Counted from the stretch's first letter, positions 9,355 through 19,490 are shown. The stretch: DNA of 64,000 nt from Candidatus Firestoneibacteriota bacterium (GCA_038042445.1 JBBTED010000021.1:68085-132084), one strand, 5' to 3'. Notes: a model not told the origin generated them from the sequence alone. Numbers and translations are program-made.

Positions 9355-11688
9355 TTAAAAAATAAATATTTCGCTGTCCCAATCCTTCGAATCCGGCAGA
9401 AGGCCTATACCTGGTTTGTAAAGCCCGGTTGCTTTCTGTACCCAGTAGCCGTGAATGTCTTCAATATAATCTCCACGCTTTAATTTTTCAAAAACCGGCA
9501 AAGGCACATTTACAATAAATCGCTGTAACTTTCTGATTATCCAACGTTCGGGTCCTTTGTTACGAAGATAATCGATAAAAGTCAGGCTGTTATTTCCCTT
9601 TCCTTGATACCAGACAATAATGCTTCTTTGAACTGTATCGTCTATAAGCCTTACATCCTGCGCAAAAGTGCGAAACTGGAATTTGAATTCTCCAGATTCT
9701 TTTACAAGTCTTTCTTGAAATTTTGGTTTGTCAAAATTATTTACATATCCATAAAAATTTTTAAAATATTCAGTATATAGAATTGGCTGTAAATCATGTA
9801 TAGGATAATTGCGTAAAACGCTTTTTGACGCATCCTCGCCCTTACGAAGAAGACCTGTAGGCGCTGACTTAGGCGGTTGAAAAACCACCATTTTACCCAT
9901 ACATCCCTCGTTATTTAATTTACCTTCACGATTACACCTGCCGGCCGCCTGAGCTATTGAATCCATGCCTGCTAAAGCACGATAAACAACTGGAAAATCA
10001 ATATCCACACCAGCTTCAACAAGCTGAGTGCTGACAACGCGGACAGGCTCACTATTTTTAAGTTTATGTTTAACTGACGATATAATTTCGCTTCGTTCTT
10101 CTCCGCACATATTTGCTGATAAATGTATCGTATCTTTCGGCATTAAAGCATGCAGATCGCGACAATCCTGACGTGTATTGACGATGCAAAGCACTTGTTC
10201 ATATTGCGCAAGCTGTTTCGCAACGTCAGGCCACTCCATACGTTCATCAAAATTTGGAGGTTCAATTTTAACTCTTTTGAATGACTTTGCAAGTTCCTCT
10301 GGATTGTCTATTATCTCAGTTACGTTTGACAGTCCTTCAAATACAGCCAGACCACTGCCGATTTTACCGCATAAAGCTGGCTGTGTAGCTGTACACAATA
10401 TAACCGTAACTCCAAAATATTTAACTAAACCGCGCAAAGTTGAAAGTATCGGTTCAAGATATTCCGGCGGCAACATTTGAGCTTCATCAAGAATAATAAC
10501 ACTATTAACAATATTATGTAATTTCCTGCATGACGATGTACGAAAAGCAAGCAATGATTCAAAAAGCTGGACATTAGTGGTAACTATTATAGGCACATCC
10601 CAGTTTTCAGAAGCAAGCCTGCTTTTATTATCTTCCTTATCCGGGTCAATATTACTGTGATGTTCAAGCACTGAATCCTCTCCAAATAATATATTTCCAC
10701 TTTTAATCGATTCAATAATTTTTTCTTCATCATCAGTTCCATATTTATAAACTTTTGCTGTTTGCTCAATTATACTTGTATATGGTATAGCCATAATAAT
10801 CCGCTGTTTACCATATTTTAACGCATGTTCCAAAGCAAAGGCCATTGAAGAAAGAGTTTTTCCCCCGCCAGTTGGAACAGTAAGAGAGAAAAATCCCGGA
10901 GATAATACTGCTTTTTTGCGACAAGTATCAAGTATAATGTTACGCTGTTTATTAATCTGTTCAGAAAAATCTTTTTTATTTTCCATAAACCGGTCAAAAC
11001 GTTCTTTTAAGGTTTTAATAGTTGGATAATTTCCACGAAGAGCAATTTTATTTTTATCCGATTCCATAAAAATTTCCGTATTAAGGAAATCCGCGTCTAC
11101 AAGGCATGAAAATAGCATTCGTATCCAGAGATGAAAAAATTCTTTACGATTTTCCATATCCTCCGGTTGTGATATATTAAGCGGTGTGGATTTTGGTAAA
11201 TTCTTATTAATAAACTCCTGCGATTGCTCAATTAAATTAATTTGGTCAAATTCTTTTTTATTTAAAATCCCTGAAAGCGGATCTGAATAAATACGATTAA
11301 TTAAATCACCACCTGCATTATCAGGACTCCAATCCGGCAATCCTGCATGATGACCAGCAACAATATAAGCAATAATCCGAGCAATAGCAGGATTTTTTAT
11401 GCGTGAAAATGCCAGAACTGCTCCAACGGTACTATGATTTGGACGCCATCCATAACCTTCTATATGTGCGTCTTCATCATATCCTGATGCTTTAGAAAGA
11501 TGTTTTTGCCAATCAGGAAGATATTTTCCCATATCATGCCAAAACCCCACAAGTTCAGCCCAATCTTGATTGCCAAATTCAGATGCGAATTCTTTTGCCT
11601 TTTTTGCTGTTTCATCAAGATGTTCTTTTATAGTCTGAGTTTCCCATTGTCCTAGTTCGTTTTTCTTTACATGTGCAAAATCTTTCAT
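9355..11688 (-). CDS. cas3: CRISPR-associated helicase/HD nuclease Cas3
   Basis: N-terminal HD domain (WHDMGKY...HSTVGA...AGHHAGL) followed by a DEAD/DEAH helicase (TGGGKT Walker A, DEAQ). Start taken at MKDFAHV (11688) to avoid overlap with the upstream gene; the track ORF extends to 11766. Confidence 0.9.
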   Translation of the reverse strand: MKDFAHVKKNELGQWETQTIKEHLDETAKKAKEFASEFGNQDWAELVGFWHDMGKYLPDWQKHLSKASGYDEDAHIEGYGWRPNHSTVGAVLAFSRIKNPAIARIIAYIVAGHHAGLPDWSPDNAGGDLINRIYSDPLSGILNKKEFDQINLIEQSQEFINKNLPKSTPLNISQPEDMENRKEFFHLWIRMLFSCLVDADFLNTEIFMESDKNKIALRGNYPTIKTLKERFDRFMENKKDFSEQINKQRNIILDTCRKKAVLSPGFFSLTVPTGGGKTLSSMAFALEHALKYGKQRIIMAIPYTSIIEQTAKVYKYGTDDEEKIIESIKSGNILFGEDSVLEHHSNIDPDKEDNKSRLASENWDVPIIVTTNVQLFESLLAFRTSSCRKLHNIVNSVIILDEAQMLPPEYLEPILSTLRGLVKYFGVTVILCTATQPALCGKIGSGLAVFEGLSNVTEIIDNPEELAKSFKRVKIEPPNFDERMEWPDVAKQLAQYEQVLCIVNTRQDCRDLHALMPKDTIHLSANMCGEERSEIISSVKHKLKNSEPVRVVSTQLVEAGVDIDFPVVYRALAGMDSIAQAAGRCNREGKLNNEGCMGKMVVFQPPKSAPTGLLRKGEDASKSVLRNYPIHDLQPILYTEYFKNFYGYVNNFDKPKFQERLVKESGEFKFQFRTFAQDVRLIDDTVQRSIIVWYQGKGNNSLTFIDYLRNKGPERWIIRKLQRFIVNVPLPVFEKLKRGDYIEDIHGYWVQKATGLYKPGIGLLPDSKDWDSEIFIF

Positions 11689-11699
11689 TTTAAACCTTT

Positions 11700-13070
11700 T
11701 TACCCTACGATGCCGTAGGTTCTTTGTTTGAAATCTACGGCTAATTCTTTGGCTATGTTCTTGCATTGTTCTATATCTACTGATGGTGCATCAACAGCAG
11801 TAACTACAACTTTTGGGATATGTTTTTTGCATTCCAGGATAAACTTTTTCATTTCATCATAAATAGAAACAGATTGCGCAAATTGACTCTGACAAAGTTT
11901 GTCATACTTGTCAGCAGTATCTGTATTTAAACTTATTGAAATTGTATCTATATACCTCGCAAGTTCTGGAACTATATTCCTATTATGTATCATATTTCCA
12001 TGACCATTAGTATTTATTCGCAAACGAATTCCTTTTGCCTTGAAAATTTTAGCGCTTTCCAAAATCAAATTCAAACGTATAAGAGGTTCTCCATATCCGC
12101 AATAAACTATTTCATCATAGTCATTTGGATTTTTCACCTCATTCATTATATCCTCAATTGTTGGTTCACGCTTTAATCTAAGATTATGACCTCGAACAAA
12201 ATCACTGTTATACCTCGCGCAAAATGTACAAGTATTTGAACAACGATTTGTTATATTTAAATATAATGAATTACGAATTTTATAAGATATTTTACTTGCT
12301 TCTTCAACACCAACTCTAAATAGATATTTCGCATTTATTGTTGTCCAATGTTCAACTTCAGCTAATTCTATGTTTTTAAGTTCTGCTATTTTTTGGGCTA
12401 CCTCTACAATATATGATGGCTCATTTCTCATACCTCTTTTAGATTGTGGAGGAAGATATGGAGCATCTGTTTCAAGTATTATCCTATAAATAGGTAATAG
12501 TTTTATTGTACTTTGCAATTTGACAGAATTAGGATAAGTGATTGTTCCTCCAATTGAGAAATAAAAACCCATATCCAAACATTCTTTCATCATCATCTCA
12601 TTGCCTGAAAAACAATGTAAAACTCCACCTATTTCCTGCGCATTTTCTTCTTTTAAGATTCTCAAAACATCGTTATGGGCATCTCTATCATGGACAACAA
12701 TTGGAAGTGCCAATTTATGCGCTAATTTTATCTGTGCCCTAAAATTTTTCTCCTGAGCTTCTTTTGAAGTAGTGCTTCTATAGTAATCCAACCCAGTTTC
12801 ACCAATTGCTACAACTTTTGGATTTTTGCCAAGAGCAAAAAACTTATCATAAGTTTCCTCTGACATAGTATTGGCATAATGCGGATGCACACCTATTGTT
12901 GTATAAATATTCTCGTATTTTTCAGATAAAGCAATGGATTGAATACTACTTTCAAGACAAGTGCCTATATTTACCAAATAATCTACACCTGATTCTTTTG
13001 CCCTGCGAATAACATCCTCGCGGTCAGAATCGTATTTTTTATCTTCTAAATGTATGTGTGTATCAATCAT
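11700..13070 (-). CDS. TatD-family metal-dependent DNase fused to a TatD-associated radical SAM domain
   Basis: N-terminus MIDTHIHLED...GETGLDYY...ETDAPYL is TatD hydrolase. The C-terminal half has the radical SAM motif CSNTCTFCAR and a glycine-rich SAM-binding region. Both fused in one 456-aa ORF. Confidence 0.75.
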   Translation of the reverse strand: MIDTHIHLEDKKYDSDREDVIRRAKESGVDYLVNIGTCLESSIQSIALSEKYENIYTTIGVHPHYANTMSEETYDKFFALGKNPKVVAIGETGLDYYRSTTSKEAQEKNFRAQIKLAHKLALPIVVHDRDAHNDVLRILKEENAQEIGGVLHCFSGNEMMMKECLDMGFYFSIGGTITYPNSVKLQSTIKLLPIYRIILETDAPYLPPQSKRGMRNEPSYIVEVAQKIAELKNIELAEVEHWTTINAKYLFRVGVEEASKISYKIRNSLYLNITNRCSNTCTFCARYNSDFVRGHNLRLKREPTIEDIMNEVKNPNDYDEIVYCGYGEPLIRLNLILESAKIFKAKGIRLRINTNGHGNMIHNRNIVPELARYIDTISISLNTDTADKYDKLCQSQFAQSVSIYDEMKKFILECKKHIPKVVVTAVDAPSVDIEQCKNIAKELAVDFKQRTYGIVG

Positions 13071-13072
13071 AA

Positions 13073-14374
13073 TTAAGATCCTGAAACAAGTTCAGGATGA
13101 CCTTCTCGGGTTATTTTTGAAATTGCGTCTGTGAAAAAATCTTCTGTTCCGAAGCCTCCTGATTTTAGCACTAATAACATCTCTTTTTCCATTGCTAAAC
13201 TTACAGGAACACCAGGTTGAATTTCTTTAAGAATTAAACTGCAAATTATTCCCAATTTTCTGCAAACAGTTACTGCTGTATCTCCACCTGCAATAATTAA
13301 TTTTGTTATATTGATTTTTTTAGACACTTTAAATACAGTTTCAGCCAAAACTTCTGATACTTTTTCGCATATAGTTTTTATATCTGCATCCAGTTCTTTA
13401 GTTTTTTCAATAATACCTTTATCTAAAGCTGAAGTTATCAAAACATTTTTACCTGACTTAATTAAATCTATTGTAGCATCAATTATTGTATTTATCTCAA
13501 TATTAAATTTGTCAGGATCAGACCATAACAGATTTGTATTTATCTGAAATACTTCTATATCATTTTTTTTTGCGAATAAAGTTTGTTTTCTACTTACTTC
13601 TGTAGCACTACCTACTACTATTAGAGTTCCTAAGGTGTCATTGCTAACTTGTTTCGGAATTTTACATATAGATTCTGAAACAAGTTCAGAATGACAAGGT
13701 AATTCTTCTGCTAATGCAGAACTACCTGCAAATACAGGCATATCAGAAACAACTTGCGCTATAATTTTCAAATCATCTTGCAACACTGTGTCTATTATTA
13801 CTATCTGAAATTTATTTTTAGCAGTTTCAATTGCTTCTTTTAGTTTTGCAACTCCATCCCTTACTATATCTAATGTTATTAAACCCACTTTTAATTGTGT
13901 TTGTGAGCTTATTATTTTTGGCAAATACGAATCTTTCATTGGATGAATTATATCTTTATTTCTTTCTGTGTTTTCTAATAATATTTCATTTATATAATGA
14001 TACCCGTTTTTAGTAGTTCTATTATTTTTAGGAAATGCAGGAACAAGAATAATAAATTTACAATTACATTCATTCATAACAGCTTCTATTTCTGAACCTA
14101 TGTTTCCTCTGAGTGTAGAATCTATTTTTTTATAAATAAATTTGCATCCCAATGATAATAATTTATTCGCAGCTTTCTTAACTTTTTCATAAGCAAGATT
14201 TTTATCATCATATCTGCTATTTGTATCAATTATTATAACATCAGTCTTATCAGTATACTCAACTATTTTGTCCATTGCTTCAAATAAAAACACTCTGGTT
14301 ATACACCCATTTTTTGCAAACATTGAACCAACATCATTTGCACCAGTTAAATCATCAGCAATAACACCAATCAT
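13073..14374 (-). CDS. Four-carbon acid sugar kinase family protein (DUF1537/OtnK-like)
   Basis: N-terminus MIGVIADDLTGANDVG matches the YgbK/OtnK family; two-domain length of 433 aa. Contains two in-frame palindromic repeat copies (see findings). Confidence 0.7.
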   Translation of the reverse strand: MIGVIADDLTGANDVGSMFAKNGCITRVFLFEAMDKIVEYTDKTDVIIIDTNSRYDDKNLAYEKVKKAANKLLSLGCKFIYKKIDSTLRGNIGSEIEAVMNECNCKFIILVPAFPKNNRTTKNGYHYINEILLENTERNKDIIHPMKDSYLPKIISSQTQLKVGLITLDIVRDGVAKLKEAIETAKNKFQIVIIDTVLQDDLKIIAQVVSDMPVFAGSSALAEELPCHSELVSESICKIPKQVSNDTLGTLIVVGSATEVSRKQTLFAKKNDIEVFQINTNLLWSDPDKFNIEINTIIDATIDLIKSGKNVLITSALDKGIIEKTKELDADIKTICEKVSEVLAETVFKVSKKINITKLIIAGGDTAVTVCRKLGIICSLILKEIQPGVPVSLAMEKEMLLVLKSGGFGTEDFFTDAISKITREGHPELVSGS

Positions 14375-14415
14375 AATTTTTTTATTGCCGATAAATCGGC
14401 AACTACATTACCTTT

Positions 14416-16875
14416 TTATTTACCTTCAAATTTTTGAATGCTTTGTATTGCAGGTGCATATTTTGGATCTATTTTTAATGTTTGTTTCCAGCAAGAAAGC
14501 GCCATATTTAAATTCCCAAGTTTTTGATATATTACTCCAAGATTATAATATCCTGCTATATACTTAGGGTTTATAGATATAACTTTTTTATACTCATTCA
14601 TTGCTTCCTGAAGTCCACCTTTTATTAAATACACATTACCTAAATTAAAATGAGCTTCTACAGAATCTGGCATAATTTCTATAGCTCTTTTATATTCCTG
14701 CATTGCCTCTTCTTTCAAACCTTTATTAAAATATGTTGTGCCTAAATTTATACGCGCCTCACCTGAATTTGAATTAAGAGTAAGAGCTCTTTTATATTCT
14801 TCTATTGCAGCATCCTGCAATTGCAAATTGTCATAAGCATTTCCCAAATTTATATGTGCCTCTACAGAATTAGGATTAATAGATAACGACTTGCAATATT
14901 CTTCCACTGCTTGCTTTAGTAAACCTTTAGTCATATATGCATTTCCAAGATTGAAATATGCGCTTGAATAATTAGTTTTCAACTCTATTGCTTTTTTATA
15001 TTCTGCTATTGCCTCTTCTATCATTCCTTTATTATCATAAGCAGTTCCAAGATTTAAATGCGCTTCAGCAGAACCGGGATTTATTCCAACTGCTTTCTTG
15101 CAACTTTCTATAGCCCCATCCGACATACCTTTATCCATAAGTAAAATTCCTAAATTACTCTGAACCCATTCATTATCATATCCTATTTCACCTGATATTC
15201 TAAAACTCTCATTTGCTTTATTTAATTCACCTTTCTTATAATAATAATCACCAAGTTGATATAAATATTGCGACACCATATTGCGTGTAATATAATCTTT
15301 CTGAATATTTTTATCATATATCCCACGAAATTTATATAGCTGCCAATAATCTTTTTTGTCCTTAAAATCACCTTTTTTCTCAACAACTCTATTCAGTAAA
15401 CCTACAGGCTCTAAAGTTATTCCTGCCATATCATGTTTTGTATTTTCAAGAGTATAATAAGCTGGCCGATTTAATTCATAAATTTTTTGCTTTTGAATCA
15501 ACACACGTTTTTTATCCTGTTCCATATCTGCCATTTTTATAAATCCATCTCCATAAATATTGGGAAATATATAACCACTATCATCATACGCTATTACATC
15601 TGGACGCATATTTTTAACCTGTAAAAGATAGGATAAAGAAAACATTGAATTATCGCCAGATGCAATAATAATTGAATTTTCAGGAAGTGCAGCCAAAAGA
15701 CAACCGCCATAATCATACGCCATATAATGTTTATGCCTATCATTTTCAAAATAGTTTAATTTAAGAGGAATCAAAGGAAAAAATAGAACAATTATAGCTG
15801 CAAAATTAAATATTCGTTTGTTTGATATTTTCTCAATTAAAAATTTAAGTCCTATACCAAACCATATTGCAAAAATAATATAAGATGCGGTAAAAAATTC
15901 AGAAACTGACATAACCGATGCAGCGGTAATTTTGAAATTCAAGAGGAAAATAAAACCTACACTTAAAATTAAAAATAGTGAAACAGTCAAAATAAAATAT
16001 TTTTTGTGTGTTTTATAAAGACAAATTATACCTGCTATAGAAATCAGACCCAAAAATGGTGAAAATTCTTTTCCAATAAGCTTTATGTATTCCCATATCT
16101 GTTGAAAAAATAAGCTGATTGTTCTTGAATCTTTAGAAAGTTTACCATATTGCCTACGTCGGACATGGTCTAAAAATCTTTCAAGATTATCTGGATTTCC
16201 CCAATTTACTTTTGGAGAAATAGATGCTCTTATTGGAAGATACAAATAAATCAGAAGCCCTAAAAGAAATAATACTGAAATCAATAATAAATTTTTACGT
16301 TCTTTTAATATTTGAGGTCTACACAATATTACCCAAACTACAATAACAGGTCCTAACAACATCATTGTATTGTGATTTCCCAAGCTTATGGCATAGAGAA
16401 AAGAAATAAGACAAAGGATATTGTTTTTAGATGTCTCATACCACTGAACAAGCAAATAAATTAAAATAGAAACAAAAAAAGTATTTAACGGATAAACTTC
16501 CGCTATTACTGCTTGCGACCAAAGTGTATTTGAAAAATTAAGACATAAACTTGCACATACAGCCGGTAAAACTGTAGTCATTAAACCTACTTTGCTAAAC
16601 TTCAAAATTTTTAAAAGAGCAAGATAAATAAACAAACCAGACATTGAACTTAGAAATGCATTCATAAGATTAACTCTAAAAGCAATATCACCCAGTGGAA
16701 TAAATGTAAAAAGTTTTCCAATAATACAAAATAATGGATAACCAGGAGGATGAGGAATACCAAGATTATACACCGCAGATATTAACTCACCTGCATCACC
16801 AACATATACAGAAGGACATATTGTCCTCAAATATACAAAAAACGAAACTAAAACAACAAAAATTCCACCTAACAT
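14416..16875 (-). CDS. DUF2723 (GT-C-like) polytopic membrane protein with C-terminal TPR repeats, paralog 1
   Basis: N-terminus ...FVYLRTICPSVYVGDAGELI...GIPHPPGYPLF is DUF2723-like. There are many TM segments, and the C-terminal third is canonical TPR repeats (AEAHLNLGTAYDNKG etc.). Confidence 0.7.
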   Translation of the reverse strand: MLGGIFVVLVSFFVYLRTICPSVYVGDAGELISAVYNLGIPHPPGYPLFCIIGKLFTFIPLGDIAFRVNLMNAFLSSMSGLFIYLALLKILKFSKVGLMTTVLPAVCASLCLNFSNTLWSQAVIAEVYPLNTFFVSILIYLLVQWYETSKNNILCLISFLYAISLGNHNTMMLLGPVIVVWVILCRPQILKERKNLLLISVLFLLGLLIYLYLPIRASISPKVNWGNPDNLERFLDHVRRRQYGKLSKDSRTISLFFQQIWEYIKLIGKEFSPFLGLISIAGIICLYKTHKKYFILTVSLFLILSVGFIFLLNFKITAASVMSVSEFFTASYIIFAIWFGIGLKFLIEKISNKRIFNFAAIIVLFFPLIPLKLNYFENDRHKHYMAYDYGGCLLAALPENSIIIASGDNSMFSLSYLLQVKNMRPDVIAYDDSGYIFPNIYGDGFIKMADMEQDKKRVLIQKQKIYELNRPAYYTLENTKHDMAGITLEPVGLLNRVVEKKGDFKDKKDYWQLYKFRGIYDKNIQKDYITRNMVSQYLYQLGDYYYKKGELNKANESFRISGEIGYDNEWVQSNLGILLMDKGMSDGAIESCKKAVGINPGSAEAHLNLGTAYDNKGMIEEAIAEYKKAIELKTNYSSAYFNLGNAYMTKGLLKQAVEEYCKSLSINPNSVEAHINLGNAYDNLQLQDAAIEEYKRALTLNSNSGEARINLGTTYFNKGLKEEAMQEYKRAIEIMPDSVEAHFNLGNVYLIKGGLQEAMNEYKKVISINPKYIAGYYNLGVIYQKLGNLNMALSCWKQTLKIDPKYAPAIQSIQKFEGK

Positions 16876-17045
16876 AATTTTTCTTTCCTAAATTTCCACT
16901 TTCAAAACTGTGTCATAATGAGAATATTACGCGTTTTGTCATGCTGAATTCATTTCAGCATCTAATAAATTTGTTTTTAGACCCTGAAACAAGTTCAGGG
17001 TGACAAAAAACCGCTTATGACACAGTCTATTTCGTAGAAATGACA

Positions 17046-19490
17046 TTATTTCAACATTGCTTTTGCTTTAATTATATTTTCTTTTGCGTCTTTATGGCTT
17101 GGATTAATTTGTAGCGCTTTCTCCCAGCAGGAAATTGCTGTTTTTAAATCGCCTTTTCGTCCATAGGCGCTTCCCAAATTATTATATGCATCTGGATTAT
17201 TTGAATCAAGTTTAATTGTTATACTAAACTCCCTGATAGCATCTTCAACTTTTCCCTTAGAATAATATATTATACCCAAATTACTATGCGCCTTTTTATG
17301 GTTTTGATTAAGCCCAAGGACACGTATATATTTCTCTTCCGCCAAATCTAATTTCCCCTGTTCCAAATACATATCTCCAATATTGCAATGTGCATCTGCC
17401 TGTTCAGGATTTAATTTAATTGCTACATTATACTCATCATACGCTTCTTTTCTCTGTCCTGTTTTATAATAAACATTCCCTAAATTATTATGCGCATCTG
17501 CATAATCTTGTTCAAGTCCTATTGCCTTTCTAAAATTAACCATTGCTCTATCAAATTCTTCTTTTTCTAAATACGCAACTCCAAGATTATTATACGCAAT
17601 TGCATTTTTAGGATTTGCTGCAACTATTCTTTCGTAGTCTTTTATAGCTTCGTCTTTATTTCCTCTTAAAACTGACAGTGAAGCTAAATTACTTTGCATC
17701 CATTCAATATTACGAGCAAGTTCCATAGCTTTCCTATAATTTTCATTGGATTTATCATTTTCTTTAGTGTAATGGTAATATTCACCTAAACCAAAATAAT
17801 ATCTTGCCACCATTTCTCGCGCCAAAAAATCTGACAATATTTCTGAATCATTTATGCCATTTAATTCATAATTTTTCCAGTAATTTTTATTTTTTACACT
17901 ATCCTCTTCCCAAGGTCTAATAACCCTGTATAAAACACCTGCAGGCATTGTAATTAAACCCTGTATTTTTTGCATATTACTTCCTAAAGTAAAAAATATT
18001 GGCTCTTTTCTTGAATTAATTATTTCTTTCTGCTTATCTCTCATTTTTTTATCACGTTCAGATTTATCCATAAAAAGCAAACCCTCACCATAAATATTTG
18101 TAAAAATACAACCGAAGTCATCATAAATAGTAACATCATTTCGGACACCTTCTGCCAATCTAAGGTATGAAAGTAGAAATACAGGATTATCACCTCTTGA
18201 AAATAATATGGAATTTGGTTCTAAAGTCCGCAAAATATTATTTGCAAAATTATATGCCACATAATTTTTACTCTTATCATTAACCGAATAATTATGTTTA
18301 AAAGACAGTATCAACAGAACAAAAAGAATACCCATTAAACCAATCCGTATAAATTTATAGTTTGTCTTCGAAATATCCCACAAATATTTGATTCCAAATG
18401 TTATCCATATTAAAATAATAACGTATGATGGAATAAAAAATATCTGAACCAAATAAAGATCCTTTTCTATTATTTTAAAGTTCAAAAGCAATATAAAACC
18501 TATACTCAAAAAAAGAAATGCGATTACAGAAAAAATCAAATATTTTTTGTCATAAACTATCTTCAGAAAACCAAAAATAATAAATACAAGCAAAAAAGGA
18601 TTAAACTGATCAAATAAAAAATTTGCATAAGCAAAGCATTGTTTTAAAAATAACGCTATAGACCTTGGCTCTTTAGCCAAAACCCCATATTGTTTCCGCA
18701 AAACGTGAAATATAAAATTATTAAATGAATCAGGATTCCCCCAATCCAATAACGGATTTGCCAAAGAACGAATTGGCAGATACATTTGTATACATATACC
18801 TAACAAAAAAAATCCGATTATTTTATAAATCCCCCTCGACCCATCTTTTAGATGGGTGCCCCGCCCTTTTTCAAAGGGGGAACTACTATTTTCTTTATTA
18901 TTAAGTAAAAGATACAGCACAAGAAGAGGCGCAAATAACGTCATTGTATGATGGGCAGCTAAACTAACACCATAGACTAATGAAAGCAAATAAAGATATT
19001 TATCCCCATCTACATTTCTTACTAAACTATTCTTCCATAACATTAAAATGTACAATTCAAGAATAACAAAAAATGTAGTTATTATATATACTTCAGAAAC
19101 CACTATTTGCGACCAAAAACTATTTGAAAACGCAAAATATAACGCTATTACTCCTGAAATAAAAACAATAGTATTGTCTATTGAAATTTTTAAAATTATT
19201 GTTAATGTTAGAATCAATAATTTATAGAATATAAAAACCGATACTGCTGCAAAAAATGCATTCATCAAATTGACTTGAAATGCAATACTGCCAAATGGCA
19301 AAAAAGTAAATATTTTTCCGAATATACAAAACAGTGGGTAGCCAGGAGGATGAGGAATACCGAGTGTATAAGCGCCAACAACAAGCTCACCATTATCACC
19401 AACAAAAACTGTCGGGCATATAGTTTTTAAAAACACGAAAAACGAGATGAGAAATATAAGAATTCCAAATATAAGAATTTTTGTTTTCAT
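17046..19490 (-). CDS. DUF2723 (GT-C-like) membrane protein with C-terminal TPR repeats, paralog 2
   Basis: 814 aa, collinear with the upstream paralog (TICPTVFVGDNGELV...GIPHPPGYPLF). Carries an extra 13-aa in-frame insert (~25 aa replacing ~12) encoded by a GC-rich palindrome (18831-18880). Confidence 0.7.
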   Translation of the reverse strand: MKTKILIFGILIFLISFFVFLKTICPTVFVGDNGELVVGAYTLGIPHPPGYPLFCIFGKIFTFLPFGSIAFQVNLMNAFFAAVSVFIFYKLLILTLTIILKISIDNTIVFISGVIALYFAFSNSFWSQIVVSEVYIITTFFVILELYILMLWKNSLVRNVDGDKYLYLLSLVYGVSLAAHHTMTLFAPLLVLYLLLNNKENSSSPFEKGRGTHLKDGSRGIYKIIGFFLLGICIQMYLPIRSLANPLLDWGNPDSFNNFIFHVLRKQYGVLAKEPRSIALFLKQCFAYANFLFDQFNPFLLVFIIFGFLKIVYDKKYLIFSVIAFLFLSIGFILLLNFKIIEKDLYLVQIFFIPSYVIILIWITFGIKYLWDISKTNYKFIRIGLMGILFVLLILSFKHNYSVNDKSKNYVAYNFANNILRTLEPNSILFSRGDNPVFLLSYLRLAEGVRNDVTIYDDFGCIFTNIYGEGLLFMDKSERDKKMRDKQKEIINSRKEPIFFTLGSNMQKIQGLITMPAGVLYRVIRPWEEDSVKNKNYWKNYELNGINDSEILSDFLAREMVARYYFGLGEYYHYTKENDKSNENYRKAMELARNIEWMQSNLASLSVLRGNKDEAIKDYERIVAANPKNAIAYNNLGVAYLEKEEFDRAMVNFRKAIGLEQDYADAHNNLGNVYYKTGQRKEAYDEYNVAIKLNPEQADAHCNIGDMYLEQGKLDLAEEKYIRVLGLNQNHKKAHSNLGIIYYSKGKVEDAIREFSITIKLDSNNPDAYNNLGSAYGRKGDLKTAISCWEKALQINPSHKDAKENIIKAKAMLK

